Below, piece after piece: positions 50,517 to 62,955 of a DNA stretch of 64,000 nt. A program made the translations under genes and the position numbers. The DNA is from Massalongia carnosa (Eukaryota), in NCBI GenBank assembly GCA_965645245.1, contig OZ287077.1, positions 434,001-498,000 on the forward strand, given 5' to 3'. The notes below the pieces were generated by a model. It made no database searches, had not been told where the DNA came from, and was given only the letters and a program-made list of their open reading frames with translations. Numbering within the stretch: the stretch's first letter is position 1; every line of letters begins with the position of its first letter.

Positions 50517-51958
50517 GTGGTGGGACACAAGGTTGTCTGGCAGGTGGACAAAAGGTGGTCTGGGTGATAGACAAAAGGAGGTCTGGGTGATAGACAAAAG
50601 ATGGTCTGGCAGGTAGACAAAAGGTGATCTGTGTGATAGACAAAAGGTGGTTGGGCAGGTGGTCTGGCAGGTGGTCTGGAGGATGATCAAAAGGTGATAT
50701 AAGTGATGGACAAAAGTTGGTCTGGCTGGTGGACAAAAGGTGATATTAGCGGTGGACAAAAGGTGATCTGGCAGGTAGAAAAAAGGTAGTCTGGGTGATG
50801 GACAAAAGGTGGTCTGGCAGGTGGTCTAAATTATGATAAAAAGTTGATATGAGGGATGGACAAAAGGTGGTCTGACAGGTGGACAAAAGGTGGTCTGGCA
50901 GGTGGACAAAAGGTGGTCTGGCGGGTGGATAAAAGGTGGTCTGGCAGGTGGACAAATGGTAGTCTGGCAGGTGGTCTGCCAGGTGGTCTGGATTATGATC
51001 ATAAGTTGATATGAGGGATGGACAAAGGTGGTCTGACAGGTGGACAAAAGGTGGTCTGGCAGGTGGACAAAAGGTGGTCTGGCAGGTAGACAAAAGTTGG
51101 TCTGGCAGGTGGACAAAAGGTGGTCTGGCAGGTGGTCTGGCAGGTGGTCTGGACGATGATCAAAAGGTGATATGAGGGGTGCACAAAAGGTGGTCTGGCA
51201 GGTGGACAAAATGTGGCCTGACAGGTGGACAAAAGGTTATATTAGTAGTGGACAAAAGGTGGTCTAGATTATGGACAAAAAGTGGTCAAAAGGTGGTCAA
51301 AAGGTGGTCTGGACGATAGACAAAAGGTGATCTGGGTGCTGAACAAAGTTTAGCCTGAGAGGTGAAAAAAAGGTTATTAGTGGTGGACAAAAGATGGTCT
51401 GGGTGATGATCAGAAGTTGGTCAAGACGATTAACAAAAGATGATATGGACGATGGACAAAAGATGATATGGACGATGGACAAAAGATGATCTGACAGGTG
51501 GACAAAAGATTATCTGACAGGTGGACAAAAGATGATATGGGAGGTGGAAAAAAGGGGATCTGGATAGTGATCAAAAGGTGGTCTGAGTGATGGTCAAAAG
51601 GTAGTCTTGCAGGTGGACAAAAGATGATATGAACGTTGGTCAATAGATGATATGAGTGATGGACAAAAGATGATATGAATAGTGATCAAAGAGGATCTGA
51701 ATGATGGACAAAAGGTGATCTGGGTGATGATTAAAAGGTAGTCTAGACGATGATCTGTCAGTTGATCTGGACGATGGACAGAAGATAGTCTGGAGGGTGG
51801 ACAAAAAGTAATACGGGTGACGATCAAAGTGTGAGCAGGGTGGTGGTCAAAAGGTGGTCAGGACGGTGATTACGAGATGGTGTGGATGATTGACAAAAGG
51901 TGGTCTAGATGGTAGATAAACGGTGTTCTGGGTAGCAGACAAAAAAATGTCGAGGTGG
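50517..51958. repeat. About 1.4-kb minisatellite array, 23-bp unit AGGTGGACAAAAGGTGGTCTGGC (11+12-bp subunits) with about 150-160-bp higher-order period
   Basis: Units read directly; a variant block recurs at about 50668, 50818, 50980 and 51141; degeneracy increases rightwards. Confidence 0.95.
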
Positions 51959-52241
51959 AATTTTCAGGGAAAAAAGGGAGGCTATTTGAAAAGCGACAGA
52001 GACTATTTGAAGGCTATTTAAGAGCTAGATGTGGGGCCTTATTACAATCAGCGGAGGCTATCTGGGAGACTATTTGAAAGATGCTTTGACAGATGCCTTG
52101 ACGGGTGGCAAGGAGATGGCGCAGGGCCGTTGCGAAGCGAAGCGGAGCAGGTCCGGAGCAGAAATCCGAGATATTTTAAGATTCGCATGAAAAAATAGAA
52201 AGCCAAATAGTAAGCAAATAAAAAGTAGTAGCAAATTAATC

Positions 52242-52905
52242 TCAGGTCTGAGATGGCACAGTCTCGTTAACGTGGTACTCCGGAAAGTCCACGGGCCCCT
52301 CCTTGTGAGAGGTCGTCATGTCATCTTCCCATATTACTATCCTAATATTGAGGGCGTTGGTGATCACCTTCAAGATATTCTTCGAGCTATCGTTCAAAGT
52401 GCAAGGGCACACACATAGATCCTGGCATGAAAGACCACCAAAGAATGAGTTTGTCTTGTTGAACAGGATTTCGTCAAAGGACCCATACTCGGCGTTGTAC
52501 GGATTTTGCATATCCACTTTGACTCGGAGATAGTGAATCAGAACAGCATTTAGAACGGATTTCATAATAAGAGGGATCTCCGATTGTATGCCTAGCCAAA
52601 GCCCGGTAAAAGGAAAGGCCATCAGTCTGTTTACGTTTTTCGCGAATTAATGTTGGATTCTTCGATTTCTTCGCGGAAACGCTTGCGCGCAAGGTCCATT
52701 ATAGAGTGATAAAGCTTTCAATAACCAAATAACATTTAGACTCGACGTTGATGAATAACGGCACGTCAAAACGAGCTTCTAAGTAAAATAAAGATAGGTT
52801 TATACTATTAGATTTCCGCATTAAAACGTTTATTGTCTCTGTGGCTTTGAGAAACCACTCTTCCGCATGCGGCATAAATCTTGATATTTTCCTCGACTCC
52901 TTCAT
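52242..52905 (-). pseudogene. OTU-like cysteine protease domain pseudogene
   Basis: TDGLSFYRALARHTIGDP resembles OTU DGNCxxRAL...GD; after a frameshift near 52565, ILKVITNALNIRIVIW...EYHV. In-frame TAA at 52699-52701. Confidence 0.45.
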
Positions 52906-54655
52906 TGTCTACTTAGGGTATTCCTATGGAAACGGGTATATAAGATGTCTCTAGAAGTTGGTAGGGGAAACCAGAAGACAAAGCTGAAGAGGTAGCTCAT
53001 AAAGCATCAAGCTGATTGAGCCGTCTTAATAGAACCTCGCGTTCTAGCTTTCCATTAATCCGCTAGATAAGCAAGCAAAGACAGTTGATCTTAGTTGTGT
53101 GCTTCTATTCACAAAAGATTTTTTAGCTACACCTCTCAAACACCTTTATTGGCCTTCGACCGGCAGGCGGTCATGTCAAAAACTGTAGGCTTATAATCGC
53201 AACTTCGAATAAAGAGATCTGAAAATTCCGAAGCTCTTCCCCTGCTTGTCATGGATGAGTTTAAAAAACCCAATCAATAACATTGCCTTTGGATGAGATG
53301 CATGGATTCTGCGGACTAAAGGATGGTTGATAGTAACTAGAGTTTCGTTGCGCAGAATCAAGTTTTGCCTTAAAAGAACTTAAGAAACTAAGTCGTCTCT
53401 ACGCTCTTGCATTCACTTCAAGGGTTCGCCGAGATCGTGGCTCATCCTTAGGTGAGGACGGTCTTTCGAAGCTGGCATTTATTTGTACTTGGAGGTCTTG
53501 ATACTTCTCGATTCCGCCCTCTTTAGCTAACTAAAAAGATCGCTACAGAAATAAATTCGAGTTGATAACAGGCAACCGTGAGCACCGCACGACTTAATCA
53601 AGCCGTTATGCCTTTCAGCATTTAGCAGCATTCTCTTGAGGTTTGGAATAAGATGAGTAACTCCAAGGGGCGCTTCATATATTAGTCCAAATCACAGTGA
53701 GTGTTAGAAATTAGCTTTTACTAAATGAAGTTTTCTTCGGATTGCTTAATAATGTCAAAGCCTCTCCATTCAGCAAGTATTTTATTTCTTAGCCCGCTGT
53801 AGCATGTCTTCTGATGGTCATAGATGACATGATTCCTTTTTTCATTGCTGGAGCCAACTTGCTGAGGTCAACAAGATGAACGGCAAAGGGTTATTTATCC
53901 CCATTCAATGCGTTATGTATAGCCAATTCGAGAGCTGAAGTATCTTCTTCGTGTATCATATGATCCATGCCTATCCTTTTCCATCCCATTGAACGTATTG
54001 ATTACAACCATTAGATTGCCACCTTGATGCTAGTAGGTACAGGCTGTAAATCATCATGATATTTATCATTTCAAGACCCCACTTCCATTTTGCACGCGGA
54101 AAGTTTTTATTCCTAGTGAATGGTGCTTGCCACGCAGGTCGAGTTTCTATCTCCATAACAAAACAAGCCGAATCAATGTATGCTGCGAGTACGTGTCGAT
54201 TTTTCAAAAACCTGAAAATCTTATTTCTGTTAACGAAAAACTGGCCGCACACAGCGAAGTATCGGTAACGTAAAAATTTTCTAGAAGCTGAGAAGACATA
54301 GAAAATAGGAGAGCTAGCATTTAGACAAAGCCAGAGAAAAAGCCAGGGAAACTGCCCGGCCTAAGGTTGTTTTGACCTCTGCTGTGCAGGGCTTTCCATC
54401 ATGAAGGTTCTGCTCGTACTCGTAATCGCAAGACTAAGGCCAATAGGTATTTCGACTCAGGATTAGGGAAGAAGCCAGAAATAGCAATATTGAGGTCCAA
54501 GGCACCTTTGTGTTTTCACAGAGCATAGATCGTCGTCAAAAAACGACTTGACGGTATATTTCCAATGTAGTAATGACATTTCGTTCCTCCAGCCTTCCCG
54601 CTAATTGAGGAGCTTCTCAGCCCAGGTAGGTAAAAGTAAATGACTTCCCCATGAG

Positions 54656-55142
54656 ATGGCTGCGATAAACCTTCCTAAAAGCACCACGTTAACCATCTCT
54701 TGCTTATGCCATGCCAGCGCCGGCACCGTCGATATCCCAACCTCCGAAACCCCCCCTGCCCCTTGTCATCTGCCATTGTCCTGCAGGCATACGTCCAGGC
54801 TCCTCTGCACGTCCAATGCCTTCATTCCCCCCGGTTTCTTGAACTTGCAAATTCACTGTGAACCTTGTGGATATAGATCATCGTCGTTTTTGACGCGATT
54901 TTCTGCACGCGATGCGGAGGTTCCCTTTACGATGAAAATTTCTCAACGGGGGAAGTGAGGATCTGCTCGGGGACATTGGAGAATGAAGAGAATTTGGTGG
55001 AGTTGAGACAGCATGATTCTGTGGCGGACACGGGGGATGGGGGGTTGAGCGAGTGGGTGCCAGGGGTAGCGCAGTAGGTAGGAAATTCCGTAGAGAGCGA
55101 TCGAATGGAGGAAGGACATATGATAGAGACTTTGGCCGTTGA
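54656..55142 (+). pseudogene. GFA/CENP-V (Mss4-like, DUF636) protein pseudogene
   Basis: Pieces across frameshifts: TISCLCHA, PLPLVICHC/SCRHTSRLLCTS, GYRSS..LTRF/FCTRCGGSL, QHDSVADTGDGGLSEW; truncated. Confidence 0.75.
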
Positions 55143-56210
55143 CGCATAGAACAAGGGAAATAGCATGAAACTGTAATGTCATTGAGAGGGAGTGTATACT
55201 TATATCACGCGCCCCGATAAGAATTCATCCGAGCTGGCTTCTCCGTGGCCCGATTTGCTTATTCCCTATCATTCCGGCTTATTCAAGCATTCAATAATTC
55301 CGATGATAGCAAATAGTGGCTTCATGTGAGTGGAACCAAATATCTCGCCGGCACCTGCGTGTGCCGTTCATGCTGACTCGGATCAGGATATGACATCCCA
55401 GCCTGAGCTTTCATTCCCAAATCCAAAATTTCCAACCCAATGGAAATCCAATGGAATTCGAAATGGGGACAATGAAGCGGTATGAGGGCTCCGAGGGAGT
55501 TTATCGGGAGTTCTACGAGTGTTGTGGGGCGACTAATTTTTTTTGGCAACGGCGAGAGAAGACCTGGCGAGTAAGGGGCTGTTAGTAACAACGAGCCGGG
55601 CGAGGGCGGAGGGATGGTTGGAGTGGTGGACGAAGAGGGTTAGTTTTGAAGTGGAGGCAGCGAACAAAGCGTTGATATTGGAAACGGGGAAAGGAGAGAT
55701 TTGAAAGAATGAAGGTATTTGAGAAATAGTCGCGATGAGTGGCGTGATATGGCTACCAGCGCTAAACTGTATTCAGACGATCTAAATTCACACTCTTAAC
55801 ACATTGCGCACAGCATGATCTCCCCCAACGCATCAAAAACCTCCTCCTTCACCTTGATTTTGCAGGTAACTTCCATCATGACAAGCCAGTGGAGACTATT
55901 CTCTCTATGATACCTTGAAATTACATGAACCATCCTAGCTTTGCGCTCAAAACTCGTACGATCGAAGGTTTTAAGATATCGTCCGGGAAATCTTGAGTCT
56001 CCCCCTAAGGTACATCCCTACCTGTTTGCGCTATTCATTCTTTCTTCGTCAAACTGGCAGAGGGCATCTCGCTGCTAGAATCCTGCACGTACTACTTCTT
56101 ATGCCGACATATTATGGTTAAGATCACCTCGACTCTCCACCTGAATATGATGTCTTCGCTGTTTACGACCTAACCATGAAACGCTCTGCTAATTTTTAAG
56201 GCTAGTAATC

Positions 56211-59200
56211 ATGTCATCGTCATACCGACCAGGAGACTATCAGGCGTCTACCTTGCACAATTTGCCGACGCCTCCGCCACCTCCAGAGATGTCTTCGCTT
56301 TCTGAACCCACAGCACGTTATGATTTCCGTAACGGGGATTCTTGGCGACCCCCTAATAGCGATTTTACGTTCCGCGTTCAATGGGAATCTGAAGTTTCTG
56401 AGTCCACGCGATCAGGGCGGTATGCTGCTCATGAGTCTGAGGTCTCTCGGGCCCCGCGACCTGAAAGGTATTCTATACGAGAGCCTGAAGCCTCGGCATC
56501 CATAAGACCTAGGCAGTATGCTGTGCAGGAGCGCAATCGACAAGATTTCGAAAACAATCTTAAACTTGGCCCACGAGATAGTTTGGTTAATCCTCGTATA
56601 CTTAGGGCCAGAAACCTCGGTCGTCGTCGTGGACCTAAACAACACGTAGCGACTGCTGAGAGGCAATTATTAAGCGTTAAGCATGGAGAAGCTCACGAGC
56701 AGATGTTTGGTACAGCACATGATCTTAGCGGTACTAAGCATTTCTTAGATGCCGATGACATGTCAGATAGTGAAGAGGAACAAATGGACGAGTCAGAATC
56801 TGACAAACCCGAGAATGATGTGGTGAATGAAGGTTTGCTTGGGTCGAGCACGAACACACTTTTTGATACCGCCAGCGATATCATTGAACCACCAGCAAAG
56901 AAGCGAGCTCTTGAATCCACAAAGTTTGGGCTTGAGAGCGGTTCAAGCATCCCACGATGGTCAAACCCAGACCCGTACACCGTTCTTCCCCCGACTGACG
57001 ACGCGCACCGGAAAAAAAAAGACGTCGTAAAATTGATCCGAAAAGCTCGTATTGTGGCTGAAAAAAGCGTTGACGTCAAGAGCCAGGTTGCCGTTAATGA
57101 TGATTTTATTTCATTTGGCTTTGAGGACGAGCCCGCTGTTAGAAATAGCGACGAGCACAAAGGTTTCATCACTAAGTACAGCGACAAAGGTCGAATTTGC
57201 GTGCCTGGAGCTCCCACTGGACCCAGGCAATTCAGTCATCTTCAAAACCTTCGTGATCTGAGTCTTCATAGTGCTCCAGGGACACAAAGCTCACTAAATG
57301 CTAATAGCTTGGGGCCTCCACCCAGCCTCACACCGTCTTTAAATGCCAACTCCAATATAGGTAAACCCAACATCGAGTCAACCCAGGACAACATGGGTTT
57401 AAGTAAATCATATCTTGATTTAACCCAAGACGCTGCACTTGGTAATCGTAAGCGAACGCATGAAGATGTGATCAAAGGCCCATTGCAAGAACCACCTAAG
57501 CGTCGAACGGGGATCCCAGGTTCACCGACGGGTTCTTTACTTGAAGAATGGATGCCCACTTCAAACACTGATCCTACACCTTGGCTCGAGCATGAATCCA
57601 ATTACAAGTCCGAAAACGCAGGGTTTAGGTATGATGAATGCTGCCCCAACTCTTCAATAAGCTGATCCCTGATAACAGACTCCACAAAGAGATTTGTGAC
57701 TTTTATCAATTTGTCCGGCCACAGAAATACGAGCAGATAGTTCGTGAAGAACTGCTTGGAAGAATAAAAACCATTGTGAAGGACAAGCTGAACTGCGAAG
57801 TTCATTGTTTTGGGTCATTTGCAGCAGGTTTATATCTTCCTAATGCTGACATGGATTTGGTTGTGATTTCAGAAGAATTTCGAACTTCTGGACAGAAAAA
57901 AGCGTGCCAAACAAACAGCGCCATGTACAGGTTTTCCTTGTACCTCAAACAACGAATAGCAGAGAAGGATACAGTGGAGGTCATACAACGTGCGAAAGTA
58001 CCTCTGATTAAGTTTGTCGACCGTCTCACTGCCATCAAGGTGGATATGTCATTTGAAAACCACACCGGGCTTATTGCTAATCGGACATTTTCTGACTGGA
58101 AGAATCAATTTCCAGCCATGCCAATCCTCGTTACCTTGATCAAGCAGTTTTTGATGATGCGAGGCCTTAACGAAGTCGTGAACGGAGGCCTCGGCGGATT
58201 CTCGGTCACTTGTTTGGTTACGAGTCTTTTGCAGAACATGCCACGGGTGCAGAGTGGGGAGTTGGTTCCGGAGTATCATCTTGGGGAAATGCTGATAGAG
58301 TTTTTGGATTTCTATGGCAATCAGTTCGACTGTTCCCGCGCAGGTATAAAATTGAATCCTCCTGGTTACTTTGCAAAGGTACGCCATGTTCCATTCTGGT
58401 GTTTCGTAAGCTCCTAACGAGTCGAGTACAGAAAAACTATGCTCGAAACGCATCACGTCAGGTATACCAAGCCAACAAAACTGACCGTTTAGCTATCAGG
58501 GACCCAAACTTGCCTGACAATGATATATCCGGAGGTTCAAAAAATGTTTTGCTTATCTTTGACCGGTTTTCCAGAGCCCATGAAGAGCTTCTTCTTGCAA
58601 TGAAATCTTCTACCCGACCCAGCCTTCTTGATTGGTTGCTAGGCGGCAACTATGGAACATTTCTATGGCAAAGAGCTCATCTTCGGAAACTTTTCAAAGA
58701 GAAATGGGGGAGCCCAAATCCCGATGCTCTGTAAGTTCTTCCCCTCATCATGCTGACACATTCATTCAATACCTGTCTGAGAGATTATGAGATAGAGAGT
58801 CCTTAGCCCACGGTTGTGTTCAGCATCATGATCTACTATACACCAAGGACTTGAGCATTAAGGAAGGCACCTCCAGTCAAACCGTTGAATATCCACACTC
58901 TCTAGATTTTGTTGCCGATCACGTGAAAATAGATTTCTTGAAATCTATCCCAGCACCTACTAAGGCTTCGCAATCTAAACTTCGGCGAAAAGCCTTGAGA
59001 AAGTCGCTACGTCTACAAGCACCAAAGGCGCTGAAGAAAAAGGCACCAAAGCCACAGATCATTGAAAAGAAACTGGATACAGCAACAAAGGAGAGAAATA
59101 GAGCAACTCGGCTAAAAGAAAAGTTTCCAAATATGGAGGGGATCCCTGATCAAATAACGAAAAGAAGAGAACGAGCTCTTCTCTTGCAGCATGCTCAGAA

Positions 59201-59324
59201 GATGCAGCGATCTCGCGGACCAGGTGGCTCTCTTCGGGAGCCAAAAATCACTGAAGCAAAGAGAACGGAGGTTGCTCGAACGATAATTGGATTATCTACC
59301 GATAACCCTATATTCATCGTCTAA
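56211..59324 (+). CDS. TRF4: Non-canonical poly(A) polymerase Trf4/Trf5/Cid14 (TRAMP), probably 4 exons
   Basis: WSNPDPYTVLPP; LHKEICDFYQFVRP; FGSFAAGLYLPNADMDLV; AKVPLIKFVD; GGLGGFSVTCLV; IRDPNLPDNDISGGS. Intron 58731-58795 links in frame to the 58851-59324 ORF. Confidence 0.9.
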
Positions 59325-61311
59325 ACGTCGCGACGATCGGATCCTGTCAAAATATTATATCCTAGCATTGACCCTACGAGAAACATGAAGTCATAAAGAT
59401 GATGCAATATGGCTTTAGATGATAGGATGACTTTCAGAGGGGCTTGCATTTCTTATCATGTATTCCTTAACATCATGTCTGGGCATTAGCTTACAAGTAG
59501 ATCATAGGTCTGGCGCTTCGAGGTCGATACCCCCCATTGCTGTTTTTAATTAGACTTACCCAGTGCATCAGTGCCTAAGTCGAAGCCAATCGCGCTTACC
59601 GCGTTAGGATTGTCTTAATTGGCAGTCGGGCTCCAATTCGATATGTGCTATGATAACACCTTACCTAGACCTCAAGCGGTTGCTTGGACGTTCCTCCATT
59701 GAGCAAAGAGAACCCTACGTTACAATGCTGATCTCAAATGCTAGCCTGATTCTCACTACCAGAATAATGTTATCCAGCTGACAGCAATGAACGTGCTAGA
59801 TATCAAATCCTTGCCCTAGACGGCTCCCTCATTCGCTGAATTGCTCCCACCTATTCAAAGGGTCCCTCGCTTCGAGGCAACATCTTAACGAATTTCCTCT
59901 TCACTTTAAAATTGGCCTTCCTAAACCAAACTGTCCTATACTAGCCGTTGGGGATCCCTTCTCCCTTGTTTTGTTTTTTCCTTGAAGCAAATCACAAGGA
60001 AGATTGTTCCTGACGGCTTGGAATAGCGCAGAAGTCGGTTTGCGAAAGTGCGCCGCGCGGTTCGTTTGGGCACGCGACGAATTTGATTTTTTCCCTCACC
60101 GTGTAGTACTCGCTTTATGCGGGCTCACGGAGAGGGAAAGGAGAGGGTTTGGTGTATGGTATGGTTTTGTATGGCAAGAGGGAGGTGGAATACATACCTG
60201 GGTGAAAAGGTTCGAGACGGGACGAGAGTTTGTTTTTGGGTAGGGGGTGTAATGGGTTGGGATGTGGAGTGAAGAAGGATGGGACTGGGTGGGGGGAATG
60301 GCTGGGGATGGAAGCATGGAAAAGGGGGGGTTCCTGTATAGTTAAGAAAAGCTAATACACGTCATACCCTCTTTCAAAAGGGCCCCTTTTCCCGTTTACA
60401 AACATCCCCCCTTCCACCCCTTACCAGTAGACAGCGTTCTAGAATAATTATCTAGGTCAAGACATGACGATTTTCCTAATCTGCAGTACATAGCCCCCTT
60501 AATACAAGGACAGTCGCATACCTGCTTCGAAATAGTGAAGAAACTAGAAAGAGAGAGATTTATGCTTGTGAACAGGGGGAGGAAAAGAGAAGAGAAAAAA
60601 AAAGTAAGGGTTTTTATAAACTACATAGCTTAAGGAGAGTGAAAGGAAAGAAGAAAAGTAGATGAAATGTATACCGAAATTTTTTTTTACGAAAACGAAG
60701 AAAGAAGAAAGAAAGAAAGTAAGTAAGAAAGTTAATTAACAGATAGAAAGCCCAGTTGTTGTAGTAGAAAATAAGAGGGTAGGATATGCGGGTAGTGTAG
60801 ATAGGTACTATTGGATAATTGTAGATATGCGACCATTTAATGATTGTGAGTAAAAGAAGAAAGAGAATGTGTGCAGGAGACGGAAAAAGGAGAAGGACGA
60901 CGATACTGGGGGGGTTTTGGCTTTTTGACTAGCTAACTAGCTAGCTAGCTAGAAAAGTAAATGCTTACATACGAAAGCATGTTTTGGGAGAGGGGAGAAC
61001 TAAAGTTGCCGGATTTTCTCGATGAGAAGAGGAAAGGGTTGAGGGGATTTTTCCTAAATGAAAATAGAGATTTGATTCGATTTGGGTGAGCATTTTGAAC
61101 TATGCATGCATACTATCGGGAGTGAAAAGTTTGCTAACTAGCTAGGGGAACAGAAATCAGAAGGTAGGCATGTAAAAAATTGCATACAGTTTGCTAAAGG
61201 AAAGAGCGGTGGAAGGAAGGAAATAAAGGAAAGGAAAGGAATAGCATTGCATGGTGCGGAAATGGGAAAAACAAAAGTCTAACCCCACCCCCCCAAAAAA
61301 CAAGATCACTC

Positions 61312-62169
61312 CTACTCAATATCCACCTTCTTAACCTCGACGTACTCGCGGTCCAATTTCGGGATCGTAACGATCAAAACACCATCTTCCATCTTTGCCG
61401 CGATGCTATCGACATCGACCTGCGCCGGGCTGGCGCGACTGCCCAGGCGAATCTTGCGCTCGAAGACCCCGACCTGCCTTTCGTCCAGCGCGAGGGTCTT
61501 GAGGAAGTCCTCGTCGCCGGGCCGGTACACCACGCCCGCGACGTTCAACTCGCTCTTGTCAGCGTCCCAGTTGACGCCGACATCTTCCTTCTTGACGCCG
61601 GGGAGGGAGACGTGCACAATGTAGGCGTCTTCGGTGTCGAAGATGTCGGCCGGGGGGGTGAAGTCCTTGCTGCTGTTGCTGGAGGAAGGGTTGTCCTTGG
61701 TGGCGGCCTCGTTGCTGGTGTCGAACCCGAGCTGTGCAGCGAAGGCCTCGGCCATCTTGCCCCATTGCCCGGGATCCATGTTCCAGCCGGCAAAGGATGG
61801 GAAGGCGCCTTCACCACGGCCACAGGCCGAAGGACCGCCGCATCTACCCCCGCGGCGGAATTTGTTGGGACCGCCGCGGATATGCGGACCACCGCGATAG
61901 CCGCTGAAGCCTCCGGGGAACCCTGAGCCCCATGGATGCCCGTGGGGGTGATGGTCCGCGTTCTGGGGTTCCGTGGACCGTTCTTGCAAGGGGACTTGGG
62001 GCGCCGTGTTGGAAGGTTCTTGCGCGGGGTCTAGAGGAGAAGCGTGGGGTTCTTGACGAGCTTCAGCGTTGTAGGCGCTGAAGAAGGGGTGCTCGACGCC
62101 GGAGGACTCAAGGTTGGCAATGAAGTCCCAAAAAGGGGCGGTTTGGTTGAAGTAGCGGATTGAAGGCAT
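61312..62169 (-). CDS. Small heat-shock protein (Hsp20/alpha-crystallin domain)
   Basis: FTPPADIFDTEDAYIVHVSLPGVKKEDV...ERQVGVFERKIRL...AKMEDGVLIVTIPK; single exon, GC3-rich. Confidence 0.93.
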   Translation of the reverse strand: MPSIRYFNQTAPFWDFIANLESSGVEHPFFSAYNAEARQEPHASPLDPAQEPSNTAPQVPLQERSTEPQNADHHPHGHPWGSGFPGGFSGYRGGPHIRGGPNKFRRGGRCGGPSACGRGEGAFPSFAGWNMDPGQWGKMAEAFAAQLGFDTSNEAATKDNPSSSNSSKDFTPPADIFDTEDAYIVHVSLPGVKKEDVGVNWDADKSELNVAGVVYRPGDEDFLKTLALDERQVGVFERKIRLGSRASPAQVDVDSIAAKMEDGVLIVTIPKLDREYVEVKKVDIE

Positions 62170-62955
62170 GGTTTGCTAGGTTGGCTGAAGGCAGATTTTG
62201 TTGTAGTTAGATTTCGAGTTTGGAAAATAGAAATGTAGAGCTGAATAGATAGGAATAAAGGGATGAAGAGATGGTTGATGATGCAAAGAAGAAGAGAGAC
62301 CGAACCACTTTCAAGCCACACTATATAGCAACAGCCACAGGCAGCATCCACGTACGTAGGCCATGGAGGGGTAAAGTTACGATAAATCACATCGAAGGAA
62401 AGGGAACCTGCAGGAACATGAGAGAAGACACAACGGCCATGGGGGGTAGAGACTAGACCTAACTATCGCGGGGGGTACAGGATGTAGGCTCCGAAAGTGA
62501 CGCACAAGTTTGATGGTGGATGGTTGGATGGTGGGGTTTAGTGGGGGTCGGTATGTACGAGTCCGACCAACTAACTTACACAGCACGGAGTAGTAACTAA
62601 GCTTCAAACAAAGCAGGCTTCCGCGCATTGCGTGGCCATTCTTTGCAATGCCAAGATCGGCGATGTTGGTCGAAGCCAGAAGAAGGGGGCAAATAAGCCG
62701 AATATGCCGAACATGCCGAATATCCGTCGGGGGTCGGATAATCATCAACCGCCGAAACTCAGAGTGACTAATCGTGCTAAACCACTTTTGGAATGGAAAG
62801 GGCACCCTTTATTTCATCCCGATAGTGGCTTAGCACGATTACGGAGCCTGTATCAACCTATTCTGCCGCTGAACAAGCATGACAACCGTCTTTGATTGTC
62901 TTTGACCGAGCCTGATCTTCTGTTCTGCGCGGGTACTGGTCAGCCAGATGGATTA

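Noticed and set aside
50517..51958. CRISPR array or repeat-protein gene
   Set aside because: No unique spacers, no cas genes, eukaryotic context. The repetitive ORFs cycle through frames because the 23-bp unit is not a multiple of 3.
46900..54600. Assignment of the island as a Starship, Helitron or Polinton
   Set aside because: No captain recombinase, RepHel, polB/integrase or terminal structures are visible, so it is kept only as an unassigned hypothesis.
55200..55700. Possible minus-strand gene fragment
   Set aside because: Interrupted frames and no motif I can recognise.
59400..61300. Genes or ncRNA between TRF4 and Hsp20
   Set aside because: Only short ORFs and purine-rich low-complexity tracts; no tRNA or rRNA signature recognised.
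62380..62410. Heat-shock element upstream of Hsp20
   Set aside because: GAA triplets are present but not in the canonical alternating nGAAnnTTCn arrangement.
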